DNA of 64,000 nt. Source: Macrostomum lignano (Eukaryota). Below are positions 62,401 to 64,000 of the stretch, piece after piece. Location: assembly GCA_002269645.1 (NCBI GenBank), contig NIVC01000073.1:62001-126000 (forward strand), in the 5' to 3' direction. The notes under the pieces were generated by a model, which saw only the letters and a program-made list of their open reading frames with translations, did not search any database and was not told the DNA's origin. The first letter of the stretch is position 1. The number at the start of each line of letters is the position of its first letter. The translations under genes and the position numbers were made by a program.

Positions 62401-64000
62401 CGCCAGCTTCGTGAAATCAGAGCAGACAATCAGGATGAAGCTGAGCAGCAGAAGCAGCAGCAGCAACCGACTCAACCGAAGCGCGAGTCTCTAACCAAGG
62501 CCGAACTGGAGTCCCTGATTGAACTCAGCCGGCCAGGCATTGTGGCCAACTGGGATGAGATTAAGCTAAGATTGCGCCGCCTCGATCCTCAAGGCACTTC
62601 GTGCATCTACCGAGTTGAGTTTGCGGTAAGTTAATACAACAGTAGTGCTCAGACGTCTGCAGAATCGAACCCGAGACCTCCCATTGTGAGAATTGAACTT
62701 TTGCATCCATTAACTCTCTTGAGCACATAAAAATATTCCAGGAACTGGCTCGCGAATATCAACTGCCCCTGGATCCTGCGCAACTCGAAAATCTGTCCAG
62801 GGCGTTTGAGAAACGTGGAAATGGAAGGTATGACTGATTCGATGGAATTTCCCCATAGTCTTTTGGACTTTTCGCCGCTTAAAGCAATTTCTTCAATTTC
62901 TTAAAACGGGATTTCCCAGTCTGTCCAGCCAGGATCCTCCAGTCTTTTCAGGCGGGATTCCCCAGTCTTTTCAGGCGAGATTCCCCAGTCTATCTAGCTG
63001 TGATTCCCCAGTCCATCAAGCCCAGCAGGGATTCCCCAGTCTATCCAGCCCAGCCGGGATTCCCCAGTCTATCCAGCCCAGCAGGGATTCCCCAGTCTAT
63101 CCAGCCCAGCAGGGATTCCCCAGTCTTTTCCGCCAGGATTCTTCCAGTTTGTCCAGCCGGGATTCCACAGTTTATCCAGCCCAACCGGGATTCCAGTTGG
63201 GAATCTAGCCGGGATTCCCAAGTCTATCCTGCCGGGATTCTCCTAGTCTATCCAGCCGGGATTCTCCCAGTCTATCCAGCCGGGATTATCCAGTCTATCA
63301 GCCGAGATTCCCCAGTCTTTTCCGCCAGGATTCTTCCAGTTTGTCCAGCCGGGATTCCCAAGTCTATCCTGCCGGGATTCTCCCAGTCTATCTAGCCGGG
63401 ATTACCCAGTCTATCCAGCCGGGATTACCCAGCCTATCCAGCCGGGATTCTCCCAGTCTATCTAGCCGGGATTACCCAGTCCATCCAGCCGGGATTACCC
63501 AGTCTATCCAGCCGGAATTCCCCAGTTGGGAATCCAGCCGGAATTCACCAGTTGGGAATCCAGCCGGGATTACCCAGTCTATCCAGCCGGGATTACCCAG
63601 TTTATCCAGCCGGGATCCCCCAGTCTATCCAGCCCAGCCGGGATTTTCTATTCTATCCAGCCGGGGTTCCCCAGTCTTTTCAGGAAAAATCTTTTTTAAC
63701 TTCAAATCCAAAGTCTCCATATTTAAATCTTCCACTGGTGTATTCGGCTGTTTTAATTTACAAGCATAGCTACTGGATAAAAAGGTTGCTAAATTTAAGT
63801 TTAATTGTTTCCAGATTTAACTACATGGCCTTTTTAAAACGATTTGTAAGCCAGTCGGCCAAGCCGCTAAGCAAGACTGCCGAATTGGCACGAACTGTAA
63901 CGGATAAGGTCAGTGACGATCTGAGAGATTATTTAAGCGATCATAATTTTGGTCGGCGCGTGATTCTAATTTGTTTTATTATCGTTATTAATTTCAGAAA
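50494..64000 (+). CDS. EFCAB6: EFCAB6-like multi-EF-hand protein, 3'-incomplete; exons 50494-50692, 50766-50925, 51617-52009, 54016-54208, 54429-54605, 54887-55170, 56505-56621, 56940-57116, 59834-60145, 61318-61490, 62381-62625, 62742-62827, 63815-63908, 63998-
   Basis: Repeated degenerate EF-hand loops (DLHGTGAVS, DTERSGRLAIGE, DSQKTGLVSEDAF, DRRNTGRISCKQF, DPQGTSCIYRVEF) and LPAACFEPDGVVLKPQL; all phases consistent. Orthology is from memory. Confidence 0.8.
50930..51545. repeat. G/T-rich degenerate ~32-bp repeat, intron 2 of the EF-hand gene
   Basis: Direct. Confidence 0.85.
52055..52540 (+). repeat. 31-bp minisatellite (AAATAACTGCAGGGAGAATCCATGTTTCTAT), intron 3
   Basis: Direct; an inverted copy lies at 55207-55560. 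Confidence 0.93.
52746..53095 (+). mobile_element. tRNA-derived SINE family 2, likely full length
   Basis: Head GCCGTAGCCCTCGGTGGTCCAGAGCG...GGCTCGATTCC (A/B boxes); central block shared with 14290-14410 and 56640-56770. Confidence 0.7.
54230..54380. repeat. 32-bp minisatellite, intron 4
   Basis: CTCCACTGCTGCTGCACTGACCCGCTAGCACC units. Confidence 0.9.
55207..55560 (-). repeat. 31-bp minisatellite, inverted copy of 52055-52540, intron 6
   Basis: GGATTCTCCCTGTAGTTATTTATAGAAACAT units, decaying toward the 3' end. Confidence 0.88.
56640..56770 (-). mobile_element. SINE family 2 fragment, intron 7
   Basis: GACTTTCTAATCGATCAGGCATGTACACTCTCTGTGCCTTGGGGGTTGGCCCTCA is the reverse complement of the 52880-52930 block. 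Confidence 0.7.
57230..59730. repeat. 38-39 bp minisatellite (GGATTCTCCATCTACTGGGATTCCCTTTCAAAGTGGAT), 2.5 kb, intron 8
   Basis: Direct; explains all ORFs at 57185-59730. Confidence 0.96.
60220..61285. repeat. 22-bp minisatellite (ATAGATTCGGCTCCAATCTCAT), intron 9
   Basis: Direct. Confidence 0.96.
61820..62340. repeat. 5-bp (ATTCT/CCTAT) microsatellite, intron 10
   Basis: Direct. Confidence 0.9.
62646..62727 (-). mobile_element. Degenerate tRNA-like or SINE head in short intron 11
   Basis: GGTTCGATTC B box on the minus strand; GTGCTCA...TGAGCAC terminal pairing. Confidence 0.4.
62905..63680. repeat. ~23-bp minisatellite (CCAGCCGGGATTCCCCAGTCTAT), intron 12
   Basis: Direct. Confidence 0.92.

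Overview
Animal genomic DNA with short GT-AG introns, GC-rich exons and introns filled with micro- and minisatellites. The style resembles a free-living flatworm such as Macrostomum, but that is inference. Supported genes: two related divergent bZIP genes (-), an intronless DHHC palmitoyltransferase (-), a ZC3HC1/NIPA-like gene (+, 6 exons), a two-exon orphan rhodopsin-type GPCR (-), LRRC43 (+, 15 exons), an EFCAB6-like multi-EF-hand gene (+, running off the window end), and the first exon of a possible prominin-like gene (-). Mobile DNA: hAT-type MITEs with 8-bp TSDs, a MULE-type MITE, a deleted Merlin element containing both a MITE and an intact maT-like Tc1/mariner, an internally deleted IS630/ISRm11-like element, and two tRNA-derived SINE families. 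The most unusual signal is a ~300-bp hAT MITE, present twice with its own TSDs, that carries a ~64-nt copy of the 28S rRNA helix 69-71 region (the R2/Pokey/I-PpoI target) altered mainly at the cleavage site. Most long ORFs in the supplied track are artefacts of tandem repeats. Database identities were recognised from memory; no searches were run.
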